Assembly: GCF_009834535.1 (NCBI RefSeq)
Contig: NC_045696.1
Location: 103,232,001-103,296,000 of the forward strand
DNA from: Camelus ferus
Lineage: Eukaryota
Direction of reading: 5' to 3'
DNA: 64,000 bases
This document shows, in pieces, positions 52,872-64,000 of this stretch. The notes under the pieces were generated by a model. That model was not told where the DNA came from. It worked only from the letters and a program-made list of their open reading frames with translations, and did no database searches. Both the position numbers and the translations under genes were made by a program. How positions within the stretch are numbered: the stretch's first letter is position 1; every line of letters begins with the position of its first letter.

Positions 52872-54025
52872 TTTTTTCTTCCAGCTTTATTGATGTAATT
52901 GTATGAGTTTAAGGTGCACAATATAATGATTTGATACATGTTTATATTGCAAATGATGACCACAGTAAATTTAGTTTATCAATTCACATAGTTAAAAAAA
53001 TTTTTCTTGTGATGAGAACTTTTAAGATTTACTGTCAGTAAGTTTCAGACATGCAATACAGTATTGTCAGCTGTACTCACCATGCTGTACTTGACAACCC
53101 CAGAGCTCAAATTTATCTTGTAACTGGAAGTTTGTACCTTTGACCGCCTTCACCCAGTCTCCTCCCCGCACCCCTGCCCCAAACAACCACCAGTGTGTTC
53201 TCTGCTTCTATGAGTTCAGATTTTTAATATTCTACATGTGAGATCATACAGTATTTGTCTTTCTCTGTTTGATTTATTTTGCTTAACATAATACCCTCAA
53301 GGTGCATCCACGTTATTGCAAATACAGGATTTATTTTTTTTATGGCTGCATCATACTCCATTGTGTATATATACCACATTTTGTTTAGCCATTCATCTGC
53401 TGATGGACATTTACATTGTTCTCATGTTTTGGTTATTGTAAATAATTCTGTAGTGAACATGGAAACATGCAGATATCTCTTTGAGATAGTGGTTTTGTTT
53501 CCTTTGGACACATACCTAGAGGTAGGATTGCTGGATCACATGGCATTCTATCTTTTTATTCTGTTTAAAATTTTATTTTCTGTGTTTTTGATAATAGCCA
53601 TTCTGACAGGGGTGAGGTGATATCTCAGGATGGTTTTGGTTTGCATTTCCCTGATGACTAGTGACTTGAGCATGTATTCATGTTCCTCTTGATCATTTGT
53701 ATATTTTCCTTTCTTTTTTTTTTCTTTTTGAAAAATGTCTGTTAAGATCCTCTGCCCATTTTTAATCAGATTATTTGGCTTTTTACTACAGAGTTGTGTG
53801 AGTTCTTTATTTATTTTGGGTATTAACTCATCAGATATATGATTTGTAAATATTTTCTCCCATTCAGTAGGTTGCAATTTCAATTTATTGACGGATTCTT
53901 TTGTTGTGCAGAAGCTTTTTAGTTTGATGTAATCCACTTGTTTATTTTTTTGTTTTTGTTGCCTTTGCTTTTGGTGTTAAGTCCAGAAAATCATTACTAA
54001 GACCAATGTCAAGGATCTTACCCCA
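52872..54025 (-). mobile_element. L1MA-like 3' end plus ORF2 C-terminus
   Basis: ORF 53548-53937(-) DYIKLKSFCTTKE..QPTEWEKIF..RYHLTPVRMAII is L1 ORF2. Confidence 0.9.
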
Positions 54026-54659
54026 AAGACTGTTTTTTGATGTCCTCGAGGCTTGAAGTACAGCTTGGCAGGTTATAATACCCTTGATTTACATTTTGTC
54101 TTCTTAAGTTTCTTGAAAGTGCTGCTCTACTGTTGTCTTGCTTTATATGTTATTTTTGAGTAATTTGATACTGGTCTCATTCCCTTGCCTTTGTAAATTA
54201 TTTTATCACTTTGTCTGAATGTCCTGTTTCTCTTTCCCTTTAAGCAGCTGTACAGGGATGTGTGTCACAATTGATTGTTCTGGGTCCACTTTTCCCAAGT
54301 ATCTGGTAGTCTCGTCAACATATAGATTCAGGTCTTTCATTTCTGGGAAGTTTTCTTTTATTGGTTTAGTTTTAGTGCTGACTCACTGTTTTGGTTTTCC
54401 TCATTAGAGATGCCAGTAACACCATGTAATGTCCTACCTCCTTTCCCTGTCATCTGTGTCAACCCATTTCTCTGACCCTTTTGCTTCTTTCTTTATTTCA
54501 CTTTCACTCTGTTTAGTGTTTTCCTGCTTTTCTTCAACATCCTTTATTAAGTTTTCATTAAAATCTGTTCTCCCTTGTGTGCCTTACAATTTGATTTTCA
54601 TTTTTTATATGATTTTTATCTTCTGTTTCCTCCTGGACTTCAGTCAACTGTATTTAATT

Positions 54660-54910
54660 TTTTTCTGTTTTTTCTTCCAGTTTTATTGAGATATAATTGA
54701 CATACAGCACTATGTAAGTTTAAGATAAACAGCATGATGATGTGCTTACAGATAACCACAGTAACTTGAGTGAACATCCGTCATCTCATACAGATATGAC
54801 ATGGAAGAATAGAAAAAATTTTTTCCTTGTGATGAGAATTCTTAGGATTCACTCTCTTGACAACTTTCATATATAATGTACAGAATTAGTTATTTATCAT
54901 GTTACATCCC
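54660..54910 (-). mobile_element. L1 3' end
   Basis: ttttattgagatataattgacatacagcact...ccttgtgatgagaattcttaggatt. Confidence 0.78.
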
Positions 54911-55932
54911 TGTCTTTCTGTTTGTGTCCATTTTGGATCTTAGTTTTTGTGTTTCCAACTCCAGGTTTTTTTCATACCTGTAAATTCTTACTTGAGGATA
55001 CTTAATTCCATGTGAGATGTGCGTTATAGTTTTTCCAGCCTTGTAATTAGATTTGCAGAGAGAAAACCATCAACAGAAAAGCTTTTATTTATATTTTTCT
55101 GACCTTTTGCCTCACTTTTACCTGCGCATTGTCTACTTTCGTTGGTGGTGCTGTCTATTCATTTTGTGGGCAGAATTCCTAGTTTGAGATTCGTTTGTCG
55201 CTCTTCCCTCTTCTTTTCAGTTTCTTTTATGAATCTGTGGTGTTAATGGTGAGGGAAGTGAGTAGACGAAGGGTTGGTAGGTTTTGTTTCTATTTCTTTT
55301 CTGCAGGATCCTAAATTTCCCCCCTCTTTCCTTGTCTCCAAGAGGTACCGTCTCTTCTCTTCCGTCTGTGTACCTGATTCTCCCCCAGAAGCAGTTTCTG
55401 GGAGGCTGCCATTGCTGGTCTAGCAATTTCTAGACACTTCCACACCACTAGGTCTCTGAACTCTCAAGTCCTAACTTGTGTCCTACTCTTTCTCTGGGGG
55501 TGATTTTGTCTGTCCTTCCTCTAAGTCCCCTAGACCCCTCTGCTCTATTTCCTGGAGGGTTTTTAGCCTCCTCTCACTCACCCTCTGCATCCACAGACTT
55601 GCAGAAGGTAGGCAGTGGGATTTCTTATGGAATTGATTTGTTTTTTTCCCTCTGCTTATAGGTAACTTGAAGGTTGCTGTGATCTGTCTTCTAGTAATGC
55701 TGCTGTTGAAGGCGTGGGTTCTGTGTGGTTTTATTTATTCTCCTTGCTTATTTTATATCTGAGGAGGCTGAGGGAGAGATTTGTACTTTGAGGGGAAGAT
55801 GGGCTACTTCCATTGTTCTACAAACTTGACAGTTTCAGCAGTCTCTATTTTCATGTAGTTTTATACCTGAGAAAATCCAAAAGACCACCAAGCCCCAAAC
55901 TACTACAGACAGTAAGAGAGTTCAGTACCTAC

Positions 55933-56366
55933 TGAACTAGTAGTTTCCCAGGGCTGCCATGGCAAAGTATCCCACACTTGGTGGCTTATAACAGCGCAGA
56001 GTTTTCTCTCACCGCTCTGTACACTGGAAGTCTGAAATCACGGTGTTGGTAGGACCGCTGTCCCTCTGGAGCTTTTAGGGGAGGATCTTCTTTGCCTTTT
56101 TCAGCTCCTGGTAGTCCCGGGCATTTCTTGATGTGGCAGCATAACTCCAGTCTGTCTCCATCTTCCCTGTGGCCCTTTATGTCTTTCTCTCTCTTCTATT
56201 CTCATAAGAACACCAGTCGTACTAGGTTAGGACTCACCCTAATTCCAGTGTGATTTTATCTTAAATTGATTACATCTGCTAAGACCCTATTTCCAAATAA
56301 GATCACATTCATAGGTACCAGGGGTTAGGTATGTATCTTTTTAGGGGACATGATTCGACCATAACA
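55933..56366 (-). mobile_element. MaLR solo LTR (MLT1B/C-like) nested in an L1 ORF2 fragment
   Basis: tg..tagtttcccagggctgccat...ggaagtctgaaatca...gattacatctgctaagaccctatttccaaataag...ataaca. L1 ORF2-like text continues on both sides. Confidence 0.85.
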
Positions 56367-56639
56367 TCTATATAAGGAAAATGTTAAAATACCCCTGAAG
56401 GACACAGAAGTAAATTTGAATAAGTGGAAATAATGTTCTATGTTCTTAGATAAGACAACATTTTGAAGATGAAACTTATAAATTAAATTAATTTAGGGAG
56501 GATTGACATGATCCAATAAAAACACTGACAGGTTGTTCCCCACCCCCTCCCAGAACTGGAGATGCATATTGCAAAGTCCCAAGTAGACAAGTAATGAAAG
56601 TCAAATTTTGGAAGAAAAGAACAAAATAAAATTGTAAGC

Positions 56640-57310
56640 AAATGCCATTTTAAAAACCTATTGAATAAACACACTGTACTGGTAAGGCTATGGAGAAATG
56701 AGTACTTTTATATACTGCTGGTTGGAGTGCCGATTTGTACAATGCTTATAGAGGACAATTTAGCAATATATCTAAAAATGCATATATCATTACATCAAAG
56801 AATTTCTCACGTGAAATTACATGTATATGTATATATAAAGTTATTCATTGAAGCATATTCATTGTTCCTTGTTTATAATAGCAAAAGATTGGAACCCCAA
56901 ATTCCAGCCAGAGGAAACTGGTTAAATAATGTTACAGTCTTACAACAGTACGCTAGGCAGCTGTAAAAGGGAATGAAGGTGTCCTCTTGGCACCAGTTTG
57001 GCAGGATCTCAGTGTTACATTGTTAAGTGTAAAAAAGCAAAATACAAAAAAAAAAAAGCAAAATAAACAACTAAATATTTAGCTTTTTACAAAGTGGGAA
57101 AACTAGAGTGTTTCATATTACTTATATATGCTTAAAGAAACCTGGGGCAGATACATAAGAAATATAAGTATGTTGTCCACGCAGAGGTATAGATGGGGCA
57201 GGTGGGAAACAGGCAGACAGGGGAACAATGTTGGGACAATGACATTTTACTGTGCCCCTTTTTGTACTTTCTAGTTTTCTTCTCCTTTTAAAAAATTATT
57301 TTTTAACCAG
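56640..57310 (+). mobile_element. Old L1 (L1ME-like) 3' region
   Basis: ggtaaggctatggagaaatgagtactttt..tactgctggttggagtg...gtttataatagcaaaagattgg. Confidence 0.68.
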
Positions 57311-58320
57311 TGTCAAATAAATTAAAAATATATTGTGTGATAGCTCTTTCCAAGTGGGTAGAGGGCACATACAAATAAGACAAGTGCTCTTACACTCTGC
57401 TGTTTTTCCAGAAGTCTCTTTTAGATCATTTTAAACTACATAATAATTTATGTTCTTCAACATTTACAGATAACACAAACTTCCTTAAATGGTTTTAAAA
57501 TTTTAAATTACTTTCAAGTGAAAACTGCTTGGAACTCATCTTTTTATGATATCAGTGGAACTTGTACTTAGTAACGTCCCACTTATCTAAACTATGTTGT
57601 AAATTTTGGTTGTGCATGACCTTGGGCAAGTTATTTAAGCTCTCTGACTCAGTTTTCCCTCCTGTGAAATGGAGATAACTCTTCTGTAGGGTCATTTTGG
57701 GTAATGACGTAGTAAATAGCTCTTATGATGATGTTGATTGTAAAATTGTTTCCTTTTCATTTGAATATAGAGTAGGTATTTATAGAAGTACAGTGCTATT
57801 CTACATGAGGGTTAGAAATTGTGCTATTTTCTTCACAGATTGTTTCCTTTTGATTGCCCCCATTTTTCTGTTCTCCTTGGACTCTTAGAGAAATTGAACA
57901 TTTGCTGCTTGTATAGTTTCTGTACGATGCTTTGTCCGTAAATTATATTAATACCCAAATGATGTTTTAAAAGCTCGTTTAGCCTGTTGTGATGGATCAA
58001 GTAAGGCTAAGTCTTACCATTTGTATTACTAATCTAAAGCTACATTTATCTGGAAATGAGACTTTGCTAAAGAGCATATGGGCAACAGGTGACCTAATCC
58101 ATGAAGTCATTGTGCATAAACTGATGAATGATTTAAAATTTGGCTTGTACCACTTGGTAAAAGAACCTTTCTGTTAGGTTCTTGGCAGGATCTTGAAATG
58201 TGGTTTTGTTCTAAATTCTGGTAATCTCTTCTGATGTTACTTCTTTGGACAGGCCAGAAATAAGTTTTATCTCTAAGAGACTTTTGTTTTTAGTAATTAA
58301 GAAGTAATAAATTTTTTTGT

Positions 58321-58440
58321 GGGGGAGGGTGTAGCTCAAGTGATAGGGTACATGCTTAGCATGCACAGGGTCCTGGGTTCAATCCCCAGTACCTCCTCTA
58401 AAAATAAACAAACAAATTAATTAATTATCCCCCCACCAAA
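58321..58440 (+). mobile_element. tRNA-derived SINE (Vic-1-like)
   Basis: gggagggtgtagctcaagtg...gggttcaatccccagtacctcc, taattatcccccc tail. Confidence 0.9.
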
Positions 58441-59149
58441 ATAAATGTTATACTCTATGAAAGTATTTGAAACAAAAGAATCCCATGGGTTTTGTCCTGG
58501 AAGCATGTGTAAGAACATGTCATTAATCCAGTTTTGCCTGGGAATGAGGGAGGAATTCTATTTCAGTGCATTTACCTAGTGAGATATAATAATAATGTCT
58601 AATTTTCCTTAGTATTAAGCTGCCAGTTGTCAATTACTGTGTCAGTGTGCTCATCTGTAACAGTGCCCAGCCCCTGCTCCATGTGATCTGCATCCTTTCT
58701 GCTGAGTATAATTGGCTTCAAACCTGAAAATCAAGATAAGCAAATTTACTGAGAATTTTATGTTAAGTAAAGTCAATAAGGTGAAGAAAGGCCTGTGTTC
58801 TTGAGTTACTGACTATGCATAGGTTTTGTGAAAGTTAATTTGAGAGTGGAGGACTGTTTTTTTCCCTTAATTCTAAGCTTTGAGTTTTGTTCCAGTAGAA
58901 GTAGGTGTTTGTTGGATGAATGGATTGTAGGTGGTGAATACACATTCGTCTGGCATAGTCAAGAAATGAGTGAGCATTTCTGTTACCAAAAAATTATAGA
59001 ATATTATTGCTAATATTGCCAATTTTTAAAGGATTAGAATTCAAATACATTTTACCTAATCTTTGGTGAACATAGTATTTCTGGTTCAGATGTTCAGCTC
59101 TTAAAATGTTTTCTGAGGCTTCCCACTAATCTAATCAAAAAGAAAAAAA

Positions 59150-59630
59150 AACAATGTCCTGCATGATCTGGCTTCCATCCTTCTCTCTCCCTCTTGCTTC
59201 TGTCTTGCCCTTTGTTTTCATGTACATAGACCTTCCTTCAGTGCCTGGAACTGCCCATATGCGTTTCTTCATGGTTGCACCCTCGGGCTGTGAGGTACCT
59301 CCTCTCTTTGCCAACTGTTTGCTCTGTTTGTTTCTTTGTTGAGCTCTGTTCAAACTTCAGTTCCTCAGAGAAATCTCTAAAACCACCAGCGTTCCAGTCC
59401 CTTTTTGTATATGCATCCTTTATATCTTTTTTTCTTTCTGTAGTAACACTGAAAGTAATTGTAATTAAGTAGTTTAATTGAGAAATTCATTGTTTAATGC
59501 TTGGCTTCAAAGTTAAAGTGTAGGCTCCCTGAAGGTAGGGACTGCGTCTTGTTTCTCGGAGTATCTTTAATGCTCATCCTAGTATTCGACATGCAGCAGG
59601 CAGTCAAGAAATATTTACTGAATAAGTGAA
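59150..59630. mobile_element. L2 3' fragment
   Basis: ggctccctgaaggtagggactgcgtcttg...aaatatttactgaataagtgaa. Confidence 0.7.
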
Positions 59631-60075
59631 CCCATGAGTGGTGTCCAGACATCAGGACCCATTATTCCTCTGCACGTGTGTGGAAGACTCTGGTGAACAT
59701 TGTTATTGCTAGTTTATAGTGTCAACCAGTTTTTATCAGTGTAAAGGGTCCTGGGTAAAAGCTTGTGTAAACCTGGATAAATTTTTTTCAATTCAAAAAA
59801 GTGAGCAGTGAATATAAAGGCAATTATCTTTTTCTTTTTCTTTTTTTAATGTAAGATGTTGCTGGTTCCTTGGGAGAGCAGCTTTTAGTAAATAAGTGTT
59901 TTAAAATTTATCTCTTGCCTACTCTTCTTTTCATCCTAAACATTAGTGAAATTAAATAAACTCTATTATAAAAAATTTTCCCATAATAACATTTTTGAAA
60001 TTAATGAACACAAATATGATGCTGGCTCCAATATACTTTTTGTTTATGATAGGAAAGTGGCATGCAAAATTCTGC

Positions 60076-60114
<39 letters not shown>

Positions 60115-60319
60115 ATATATTTTGTAAGTATACACACACACACACATAGTGATATTTCAGATGTGTGAATGTGTTAAATGTTTGTTTTCTCATTTTCTGC
60201 AGCCAAGTCGTATTAAATGAGGTTATCATACATTATTAAAGGAAGAAAGTAAATAAAATACTGAGTATATAATTAATTTAATGAATATTTCTTTAAAAAC
60301 AAACAAAAACCAAGTATTT

Positions 60320-60740
60320 CTTGAGTTCTAACCACGTGCCAGACACGGGATATTATAGTGAACAAAATAGATAGGTCCTGGCCCTCATGGAATTTACTCT
60401 TTAGTAGGTAGAGTGGGCCAACATCTGATAATCACATAAACAAATAGATAGTGACAACCAGCTGTGTACTGTAAAAGGAGAAGCATTAAGTAGAGACCCC
60501 TGACCTAGACTGAGGAGTGGCAGAGAAAGTGACATTTGAGAAGAGATCTGAAGGAAGTAAAGTTAGCCACTGGTGAACGTTCCAAGCAGAGAGAACAGCA
60601 CGTGCAGAGGCCCTGAGACAGGAGTCTGTCTTTGAGGAATTGCCGGAAGGCCAGTGGAACGAGATGAGAGAAGGGAATGGGAAAGTGATTTAACACAGAA
60701 CTGGCCAGATGGTCAGAGAGCAGATTAGACTTTAAGGACT
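60320..60740. mobile_element. L2 fragment
   Basis: gtgccagacac..gtgaacaaaatagata..ctggccctcatggaattta...gaacagcacgtgcagaggccctgag. Confidence 0.72.
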
Positions 60741-61082
60741 GAGTCATTAAAATATGATTACCATCACCAGTGTAGAAACTTAGGATATCTAAATGTCCAT
60801 CAGTAGAGGAATAGTGGAATAAGGTATGGTGTAACAATCTAAAGGAGTACTATACACCTGTAAAAATGAGGAACTTTACTTTCTACTCAGAAAAATAAAG
60901 AAATGTAAATTTAATATTGAAATTTTAAATAAAAGAACCTTTAAAAAAGGGAAAAACCTGATCCAGTAATACATGGTTTGTCCTATATAAAAAGAATTCT
61001 TTTGGTGTAGAAAGTTATCCTTTTATATATAGATTTATTACAATAGTAATTATATATTTTGTTATCTTTTGAAGATATACTT

Positions 61083-61254
61083 TTAAAAAAATTGAAGTGC
61101 AGTCAGTTACAATATGTCAATTTCTGGTGTACAGCACAATGTCCCAGTCATGCATATACATACATATAATCATTTTCATATTCTTTTTCATTAAAGGTTA
61201 TTATAGGATATTGAATATAGTTCCCTGTGTTATACAGAAGGAATTTGGGGTTTT
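61083..61254 (-). mobile_element. Lineage-specific L1 3' end
   Basis: Same core as the 7073 and 38088 copies; TSD ttttgaRgatRtactt. Confidence 0.85.
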
Positions 61255-61304
61255 TTTTGAGGATGTACTTATTATATCTCAAGGCAAATATATTTTGTAA
61301 GTTA

Positions 61305-61530
61305 GCATAGTAGTTAAGAACATGTCTGCTCGTTTGAGGTCCTGGGTTGATATTCTGGCCATTTACATAGCTGGTTAACTGGGTAAATCACTTCCACTCT
61401 CTAGAACTCAGTTTTGTCATCTGTAAAATATGAACAGTAAAAACATGTACCTGATAATGTTGGGGTATGAACTGTATGAGATTATACACATGAAGCGCTT
61501 AGGAGAGTGCATAGATATGTTCATCACCTA
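61305..61530. mobile_element. MIR SINE
   Basis: ggtaaatcacttccactctctagaactcagttttgtcatctgtaaaat. Confidence 0.72.
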
Positions 61531-63099
61531 AGAAAATGTTCTGTGCTAGCATTTTCTATGAAAATATCTTCTAATTAGTACCACTTACCAAAGGTGAGAG
61601 TGCAGAAAGAGAATACTGAAGGAAGTTATGTCAAAAACTTACTGTAGTTGCCTTTGTGAAGTGCTGTTTGTGCCCCGTTTTATTGCTTTGTGTATTTTCC
61701 AATCTTTGACACGTGAGCATGATATTTAAAATTAGCATTGTCTTCTGTTTAAATATGCTGGCTTTGCTGAAATTTAATTTTTAGTAGCATCTTCTCCAGC
61801 AGTGTTAGAAAGTTTACAAACTTTATTCAAGTGATGTTAGTTGTATACATTTATCCATAATTATTTTTGCTTTCTTCCCTATATTTTGATTACTGTTGTA
61901 CCATTTTAAAAGGCTTTGTGCCCACAGCTGCTAAATTGTGATTGGAAAGGAAAGAGGCTTGCATTTTGAGACCATCTGTGGGAGTTGCATTGTCTGAATC
62001 TGACAAGAGATCATGGCAGATGGTGAGGTCACTAAGATTGACTTTTTGAGCTTGACATAATGTGTTCATGAAGCTGGAAGAAGAAATCCGACTTATTTTT
62101 TTAACCAACAGAAGAGCATGGTGACAGGAAGAAGTGTGCAATTGTTGAGTCTGGATGAAACATAAATGCATCAGTGCACATGACTGGTTTGTCTCTGAGA
62201 ACCACCACTACTGCCAAAGACGGCAGTTTCTGGAAACATTTGGTGCAATGTTTATTTACTTTCTAGACACTTGGTTGAAGTCATATAAATCTAAATGATT
62301 TTTAGATTAAAGGCAGTGAAAAAGAGAGATGAAAGGCTTAAAAATACTTAGGCATGTATATTTTTTAATTAAAAGGTTATAAGCTGTCACTCAGTACAGG
62401 TTACTTCTTGATTTTGAATTGAATGAAGGAGATCTCTAGCACAATCCCATTTCTTTTTATAGCATTTATCTTAATGTAATTTTATACAATTTAAGTTACA
62501 CTTAAAGGTTTATGCTTACTATTTCTCTCATCTCCTAGGAGGTCTCCAGTGTCTACATTGGTATTTTGCCCATAGTGGATGTTCAGTAAATGCTGGATGA
62601 ATAAATTAATGAAGTTAATTGCCTACTCTTGTTAATTTTAGACTTTTTCTTAACCACAACTAAACATTTTTTTTCCTGCTTTAAAATTGGATTTATGTTG
62701 TGGTTCTTAGCACTTCTACTATATGTGAATTATGTATTATTTGTTTTGGAGGAAGAAACCTTAATTTGTCATGAGAGGTCAGTGAACCACTTTTTCCCTT
62801 AACATTGATTGAGTACTTTACCTTTTGCAAGGCAGTGTCCTAATTATTTTTCAGTTCTTGACTCATTTAATTAAGTAGGTGTACCATTACTATTTTGCAG
62901 ATGAAGTAAATGAGGCGCAGAGATGTTAATGTAAATTTGCTCAAGACATTCATGCACTTTGGCTCTATTTCAAACATTTATTATTTAGGTAACATTTAGA
63001 GGTTGCAGTTTATGCTTATGTCTGGTGAGAAGATGCAAAGAGGGTACTAAACAAAATGTTTTGCCTTATCGAGCTCAGTTTTGTGGCTAAGAAGTATTT

Positions 63100-63512
63100 T
63101 TACTGGTGGCTTCTTGTTACAGTGTGTTGAAAAAGTAACGCCCTGTTTATTTCTTTTTATTTGCGTGATTAGCAGTGCTATGCAATAGCCCACCCCTTAG
63201 GAAATATAACCCCATATTGAATGCTGATTATAATATTGAAGCAGATGCATGGAGACAAGGAGCTCTGGCCATTACAACCACATTCTGGAAATGAAGAAAC
63301 AGGGAATGGGGTGGAAAGGGCATTTGCTTGCTGAATCTGGTAGCCCAGCCCAACAATGTCTGCTTATATTTCATTGGCTGGAATTATGTCATGGTCAAGT
63401 CATCTGAGAGAGAGACTGAGAATGTAGCATTTTCAGTTGGGCACATTGCCATCTTCACCTTCTCCTAAAGAAGAAGAGGAAAATGATCCTGGGTGGGTAA
63501 CAGGATCTGCCA
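63100..63512. mobile_element. Old MaLR (MLT1J-like) LTR remnant
   Basis: tcattggctggaattatgtcatgg...gactgagaatgtag...gggcacattgcc. Confidence 0.55.
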
Positions 63513-63734
63513 TAGGTAGATAGAAGAGGTTTTCTAAAATTTAACAAGTACTTTGGATAGAAAAGACTTCATTGTTTTTTGTTATAACTGTATTTCAGTA
63601 GGTCATAAGGCAATCTAAAAATATTTACAATTGAGTTTTTTCATGGTTTGGAGTGTTCAGTGTTCATGTGTAAATTGGTGGGCATTTGTTACATTGACTT
63701 GGGATCTGATGCTTTTCACTTCGACACAGCGCCT

Positions 63735-63860
63735 GATTTACTCCTACCATAACCCTGAAAAACTCTACGTATCTATTTTCCCAATGAGGACACTGAAGCC
63801 CAGAGAGGTTAAATCACTTGTTCAAGGTCACACAGCTAATAAGCGTCAGAGCTGAGACAG
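63735..63860. mobile_element. MIR SINE
   Basis: atgaggacactgaagcccagagaggttaaatcacttgttcaaggtcacacagctaataag. Confidence 0.85.
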
Positions 63861-64000
63861 TCTAAATTAAAAAAAAAAAAAAAATCCAGGCTGTCTCCAC
63901 GTTGCTACACTGCTGCTTTACTTGCAGATGTCCACTTGCAGCAGGACACTTAGAACCAGCTGTTATTTTGATTTTTTTCTATTTCATTAATTCTTTTTTT

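Noticed and set aside
39558..53937. ORFs with reverse-transcriptase/ORF2-like peptides as a functional RT system
   Set aside because: Short, frameshifted, truncated LINE-1 relics; no intact ORF2.
29194..64000. TFDP2 coding exons
   Set aside because: No spliceable segment encoding the recalled N-terminus (MTAKN...) or DP DNA-binding domain was found; they probably lie beyond the window.
1..64000. CRISPR arrays, operons or another novel multi-gene system
   Set aside because: Eukaryotic exon-intron DNA; no regularly spaced repeat-spacer array or unexplained intact gene cluster seen.

Overview
Mammalian genomic DNA, most likely a camelid (camel/alpaca/llama), judged from 12 copies of a tRNA-Ala-derived Vic-1-type SINE and lineage-specific L1 3' ends. 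The first ~17 kb hold the last five coding exons of GK5 (glycerol kinase 5, + strand). All have AG/GT boundaries and matching phases, and the stop is at 17091-17093. A long AT-rich 3' UTR follows. A CpG-island promoter and ATG-free first exon at ~28.5-29.5 kb (+) are assigned to TFDP2 from recalled GK5-TFDP2 synteny only; no TFDP2 coding exon was found. The remaining ~35 kb is a repeat-dense first intron (L1, L2, MIR, CR1, MaLR/ERVL LTRs, hAT MITEs). Nearly all ORFs in the supplied track are spurious or repeat-derived. I found no evidence of a new multi-gene system. The most interesting signals are small-scale: a nested L1/SINE insertion with a triplicated target site and possible 3' transduction, inverted SINE pairs bracketing GK5 exons, candidate recursive splice sites, a fold-back templated-insertion scar and two competing exon-1 donors. 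Repeat subfamily names are from visual recognition and repeat boundaries are approximate.
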